A DNA stretch of 10,477 bases from Promethearchaeia archaeon (GTDB lineage Archaea; Asgardarchaeota; Lokiarchaeia; Sigyniarchaeales; SOKP01): NCBI GenBank assembly GCA_029856125.1, contig JAHQWJ010000013.1, forward strand, positions 1 to 10,477. The letters run 5' to 3'. A program made the translations under genes and the position numbers. Shown here piece by piece: positions 6,610 through 10,477 of the stretch. The notes under the pieces are model-generated. The model ran no database searches, was not told the DNA's origin, and saw only the letters and a program-made list of their open reading frames with translations. The number at the start of each line of letters is the position of its first letter. The first letter of the stretch is position 1.

Positions 6610-8918
6610 AAGTTCCCCTCTAATTGTTCTTTTTGATATAATTCTACCTCTACCAATGAGCTATTTAAAGGAAAGGCTCCTCCTGGTGAGTAACTATCCT
6701 TCGTTAAAACATTAGCACAGCCTCCAAGATCAACGGAGTCTTTATTCGGTTTGTACCACGCTCCTTGATAAACACATACTACTCCTGGACTAATCCTTTC
6801 TGTGACTTTCGCAGGAATTCTTAATCTACCTCGATCGTTATAAACGTCTACTAAATCTCTATTTTTTATTTTACGGATGGAGGCATCAGTTGGATTAATC
6901 CAAGCCGAATGTGGCTCTATTTCTTCCAACCACGGAATATTATGGAGGGATGAGTGAGTGCGCCTTTTATTATGAGGTGTGATTAATTGTAATGGGTACT
7001 TTTCTGCTAAAGGAGAATCGTAATGCTCGCTATGACTAAAATATTTAGGAATAGCTGGCATAAGTGGATCGTTCTTCTCTGCTATGTGTTCACAATAGAT
7101 TTCAATTTTTCCCGATAAAGTTGGAAAAGGAGTATTTTCTGGATCGTCAATATGTTTTTTAAAAGCAACAAAGGGCTCTTCCACTTTAACCTTACAATAC
7201 CCTTCCTTTTTCATTTTATTGTAGTTTTTTATATCTTTTCGAGGAGATGCAAATATTCGTAAAATCTGGTCTTCAGGTAAGTAAAGAAGGCTCGTTTTGA
7301 TTCCAAGCTTCTTAGAGAGCTCCCGACATATTTCTAAATCAGATTTAGTTTCGTAAAGTGAATCGATCGCTTTGTTCAGGTAAATATAATACGGTGATCC
7401 AAGCCAAGGAACTGCAATATCATCTCTTTCCATAAATGTGTTAGCTGGTAAGATAATATCTGCAAATTTAGCAGTTGGATTCATAAATTGCTCGTGAGTA
7501 ACTATAAATTCTAGCGATTTTAAAGCTTTTACTCCTTTATTTACGTTACCGTATTGATTAAGGCGATTTGTACCACATATATAAGCCATTTTTATATCTG
7601 CAGGATAACCTCCTTTAGTCCCTTGTAAAATTAAATTGTAATAATCGTTAAAATGTACTCGTGTACTTGCTGGATTTGTTCCACCTCGAAGTTTAAATAG
7701 CGCATCTTTACGAGGTGGAGCGTTAAAGTCAACAAGATTATCTTGAGGTCTAGGCTTTTTGGGTTTTAAAGTTTCGTCGGTTTGTTTAATAGGGCCTTCT
7801 TTCTTTTTACCTGTTGAACTTACGCTCTCTCGGCTAGAATATGCCCTCATAAAACCAGAAGCATAACCTCCATTAATTCCAATGTTACCGGTAATTGCAC
7901 ATAAAACGTTAGCCGCCCTCGAATATTGCTCGCCAAATGCTGCTCTCGCAGGTCCCCAACCCGCGATAAGGGCTGCTGGTTTACTAGTAGCATATTCACG
8001 CGCTAGGTCTATGATTGTTTTTTCTGGCACAGTAGTAATCTCTTCTGCCCATCGAGGTGTTTTTGGTTGCCCGTCTTCGCGACCAAGCACATAATCTTTG
8101 TAAGCGTCATATCCTACAGTATATTTGTCGATAAATAGTTGGTTTTGGAGATTTTCAGTTATTATTACATTAGCCATTGCTATCAACATCGCAGTATCAG
8201 TACCCGGGCGGATGGGTATCCAATCATCTGCTAATACAGCTGCTGAATCCGTAAAAATGGGGTCAACAGCTATTATTTTAATTCCTTTTTCTCGAGCTTT
8301 AGCCAGCCATAAACTTGTTCCAGGATCCCACACTGTATTGGCAGGATTCCATCCCCACATAATTATTAAATTAGAATTAAGTAAATCGTCACGAGCGTTT
8401 CCCGTCATCATAGTCCCATATGTTGCCATCGAGGCAAAAAGAGCTCCTTCATACGAAGGTATCCCCCAATGGCGAGTATAACCCCCAATTTGGTTTAACA
8501 TCAAACCAACGGGTGTAACACCATGGAGCATCCCTTGATTTCCACCCCCAGGGACGAATAATATTGCGGAATTACCATACTTCTCTTTTATATCTAAAAT
8601 TTTTGAAGCTACATGGTTTAAAGCTTCTTCCCACGAAATTCTTTCGAATTTACCTTCACCACGTTCTCCAACGCGTCGCAGAGGATATTTTAGCCTTTCT
8701 TCAGAATATACGCGTTGTCTATACGCTCTCCCTCGTGAACACGCCCTTAACTGTGGTTCTTTTTCATTATCTGTTTCGATTCGCGTAATCTTTCCATTTT
8801 TTACATGAACTTTAAGGACACATCTTCCTCCACAATCATGACAACATCCCGTATTTATAATTTTTTCAGAATCCTCATCCATATCTGCTTTATCATTTAT
8901 CACTTTAGTTACCAGCAA
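6606..8918 (-). CDS. dmsA: DMSO reductase family molybdopterin oxidoreductase catalytic subunit, DmsA/YnfE-like, no Tat signal
   Basis: N-terminal FS0 motif CCHDCGGRC...LRACSRG; RLKYPLRRVGERGEGKFERISWEEA; GGYTRHWGIPSYEG (Ser codon at 8454-8456, equivalent to the Mo-ligand segment of E. coli DmsA as I recall it); WGWNP; GWGPAR; TAKFADIILP; SGKIEIY; RTHS; GAWY. The start is uncertain: TTG 8918, GTG 8903 or ATG 8882. Confidence 0.92.
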   Translation of the reverse strand: MLVTKVINDKADMDEDSEKIINTGCCHDCGGRCVLKVHVKNGKITRIETDNEKEPQLRACSRGRAYRQRVYSEERLKYPLRRVGERGEGKFERISWEEALNHVASKILDIKEKYGNSAILFVPGGGNQGMLHGVTPVGLMLNQIGGYTRHWGIPSYEGALFASMATYGTMMTGNARDDLLNSNLIIMWGWNPANTVWDPGTSLWLAKAREKGIKIIAVDPIFTDSAAVLADDWIPIRPGTDTAMLIAMANVIITENLQNQLFIDKYTVGYDAYKDYVLGREDGQPKTPRWAEEITTVPEKTIIDLAREYATSKPAALIAGWGPARAAFGEQYSRAANVLCAITGNIGINGGYASGFMRAYSSRESVSSTGKKKEGPIKQTDETLKPKKPRPQDNLVDFNAPPRKDALFKLRGGTNPASTRVHFNDYYNLILQGTKGGYPADIKMAYICGTNRLNQYGNVNKGVKALKSLEFIVTHEQFMNPTAKFADIILPANTFMERDDIAVPWLGSPYYIYLNKAIDSLYETKSDLEICRELSKKLGIKTSLLYLPEDQILRIFASPRKDIKNYNKMKKEGYCKVKVEEPFVAFKKHIDDPENTPFPTLSGKIEIYCEHIAEKNDPLMPAIPKYFSHSEHYDSPLAEKYPLQLITPHNKRRTHSSLHNIPWLEEIEPHSAWINPTDASIRKIKNRDLVDVYNDRGRLRIPAKVTERISPGVVCVYQGAWYKPNKDSVDLGGCANVLTKDSYSPGGAFPLNSSLVEVELYQKEQLEGNL

Positions 8919-8962
8919 ATTTGTTTTAATTCTAATTATGAAAAATTTATTCTATTCAGATA

Positions 8963-10267
8963 TTATTGAAATCCGATTAGATATATTAACCCCTCAGGAA
9001 GGTAGGTCTGCCAAGCAATGTATTCGTGCCCTCCAGGGTATTCCTTATAAAAATGGGTATATCCTTTTTTTTGAAGCATTTTATGAAAATTTCGAATAGG
9101 CTTGATTGCTCTTGTTTCGAGATTACCTACGTTCAAATAAAATTTCAAATTTAATCTTTCATTTTGTAAATATTGTTTTGTAAGCCACTCTTCTTCTTTT
9201 TCTTCTTCTTTACTCCACCAACGTACAAAGTCATCTCCAAAAAACTTTTGACTATACTGAAACCAGTTAATACCGGGATACCACTCGTAATAACCCGATT
9301 GTGAAAGAATATTCGTGAACATTTCGGGGTGTTTGAATCCAATAAAAGAAGCTGCTAAACCTCCAGAACTACTACCAACTAATACTGAGTGTGCGGGGTT
9401 AGAGCTAATATTATAATTCTCATGAGCCCACGGTACTAACTCTTTAGCAATGAAATCTGCAAATTGTGGATAACAAAGTAAATCTTTTCCTCTACTATAC
9501 CCACTGTAATTATGAATAAATATAGCAATACATGGCGGAATTTTATTTTCAGCTTGTAAATTATCCAAAATTTGTGGTGCTTTGGTAAAATCAATAAATG
9601 CCTTTCCATCAAAAACAATTAGTAAATGCATTGGCTTATCATTTGAATCAAAATTATTTGGAGTATATATCCACACTTTTCTCTTTGAATTTAGAATATT
9701 ACTATGGAAATCCATAGCATTCAAATTACCAGGGATTATGTTCTTTTTTTGTTCTACCCATTCGACAGATTTCACACCTGTAGTTTCAAGCACAGAGTAT
9801 TCAACAACAAATTTCTGCCCCTCTCTCCTATATCTCTGCGTAAATCTTTTTGGATTATGTGGATCAGGTGCTAAAGTATCCCAATTGTCCATTAAATTGT
9901 CATAAAACCTGTGAAATTTAAGTGAGTTGTTTTTGCTAATTGTATAGATTGTTCGTGTTCCATTCAGAACTACAAAACTCTTATAAAAAACATCTGTATC
10001 TTCAATTCGCTCACAAATATTATTCGATACCATATCATCTTGATCGGCAAGCGAACAAATTATAATCGCATTTTTAGTCTCTTTATCAGCTTGAATAATA
10101 AAAGTTACAAGTTTATGGTTTTTATCCTCGCCTACTGGTTCAATTAAGGGAGTACCGATTCTTTTTATTTTAATCCAGAAATTCTTAAGCGCTGAATTTT
10201 GTCCATTTGCTAATTCTTTTTTAAGCTCTAAAATTGTAGGACTTGTTAAATTCTTCATTTTTTCCAT
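8963..10267 (-). CDS. Enterochelin esterase (Fes)-like alpha/beta hydrolase with N-terminal DUF3327-like domain
   Basis: N-terminal FW...GTPLIE...VTF and DPHNP segments; SNILNSKRKVWIYTP; LLIVFDG; ILDNL...KIPP; FIAKELVPW; nucleophile elbow GSSSGG (9359-9376); SQSG; VGNLE; EYPGGHEY (catalytic His). A siderophore substrate is not established. Confidence 0.85.
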   Translation of the reverse strand: MEKMKNLTSPTILELKKELANGQNSALKNFWIKIKRIGTPLIEPVGEDKNHKLVTFIIQADKETKNAIIICSLADQDDMVSNNICERIEDTDVFYKSFVVLNGTRTIYTISKNNSLKFHRFYDNLMDNWDTLAPDPHNPKRFTQRYRREGQKFVVEYSVLETTGVKSVEWVEQKKNIIPGNLNAMDFHSNILNSKRKVWIYTPNNFDSNDKPMHLLIVFDGKAFIDFTKAPQILDNLQAENKIPPCIAIFIHNYSGYSRGKDLLCYPQFADFIAKELVPWAHENYNISSNPAHSVLVGSSSGGLAASFIGFKHPEMFTNILSQSGYYEWYPGINWFQYSQKFFGDDFVRWWSKEEEKEEEWLTKQYLQNERLNLKFYLNVGNLETRAIKPIRNFHKMLQKKGYTHFYKEYPGGHEYIAWQTYLPEGLIYLIGFQ

Positions 10268-10290
10268 TGTTTAAATTTAATTGTGAATTT

Positions 10291-10300
10291 CATATAAAAC
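10291..10300 (-). promoter_or_regulatory. Putative TATA box of the esterase gene (leaderless or short-leader transcript)
   Basis: Minus strand GTTTTATATG ending ~25 bp upstream of ATG10267; no Shine-Dalgarno sequence before the start. Confidence 0.4.
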
Positions 10301-10376
10301 CTTAGTAAAGTCTTAAAACGATTTGTTTATAATGGAATTAGTCATTTGATAGTGAAAATTTTATAAATACTTCATG

Positions 10377-10440
10377 ATATGATCAATGATCACATTTAAA
10401 TAGGGTAGTTGATATATGATCATATGATCAATAATCATAT
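10377..10440 (+). promoter_or_regulatory. Promoter with a TATA box (TTTAAATA, 10395-10402) flanked by two 19-bp palindromic operator-like sites
   Basis: ATATGATCAATGATCACAT (10377-10395) and ATATGATCAATAATCATAT (10422-10440) are 17/19 identical. Each is one mismatch from the perfect 9-1-9 palindrome ATATGATCA-N-TGATCATAT. A perfect 14-mer palindrome TGATCATATGATCA (10417-10430) overlaps the second site. Confidence 0.65.
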
Positions 10441-10451
10441 GGAGAAAAATT

Positions 10452-10477
10452 ATGGAAGAATTTAGAGATAAAGATCC
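10452..10477 (+). CDS. 5' end of a gene running off the window (MEEFRDKD...), product unknown
   Basis: ATG at 10452 preceded by GGAG (10441-10444) and an upstream TATA box; the frame is open to the window end. Only 8 full codons are visible. Confidence 0.5.

Noticed and set aside
9189-9211. (TTC)n-like microsatellite and the poly-Lys stretch in ORF 9151..9342
   Set aside because: Simply the codons for KEEEKEEE in the esterase.
860-9905. Short ORFs in the track (860-1090, 1132-1314, 2601-2819, 3117-3422, 3977-4174, 4695-4919, 5495-5701, 6266-6583, 7882-8094, 8125-8481, 8564-8788, 9151-9342, 9436-9618, 9582-9905)
   Set aside because: All lie within well-supported long CDSs, antisense or out of frame, and show no recognisable motifs; they are shadow ORFs.
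10373-10440. Repeats as a CRISPR array or transposon end
   Set aside because: Only two 19-bp copies, with no spacer series, cas gene or transposase in view; their position around a TATA box fits an operator better.

Overview
An AT-rich, gene-dense window of anaerobic redox genes. Promoter style (TTTAAATA-type boxes ~25 bp before starts, short leaders, U-tract terminators) and gene content suggest an archaeon, plausibly Asgard/Lokiarchaeia; this is inference, not proven. Two paralogous DMSO-reductase-family (bis-MGD Mo/W) dmsAB-like operons converge. Left (+): a 5'-truncated DmsA-like subunit, then a 669-aa protein in which a circularly permuted GltD/NfnB/DsrL-type FAD/NAD(P)H module is inserted inside the third Fe-S Cys motif of a DmsB-like tetracluster ferredoxin. 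Right (-): a Fes-like esterase, a complete DmsA-like subunit without a Tat signal, and a plain 187-aa DmsB. Neither dmsB is followed by a dmsC anchor or dmsD chaperone. Between the operons lie a Cys-rich 4Fe-4S protein (+) and an MFE-2-type (R)-enoyl-CoA hydratase (-). The window ends in a promoter whose TATA box is flanked by two copies of a 19-bp 9-1-9 palindrome, upstream of a truncated gene. Best candidate for an undescribed system: a soluble, cytoplasmic, pyridine-nucleotide-coupled DmsA/[DmsB::GltD] molybdoenzyme, with an uninserted paralog alongside as a natural control.
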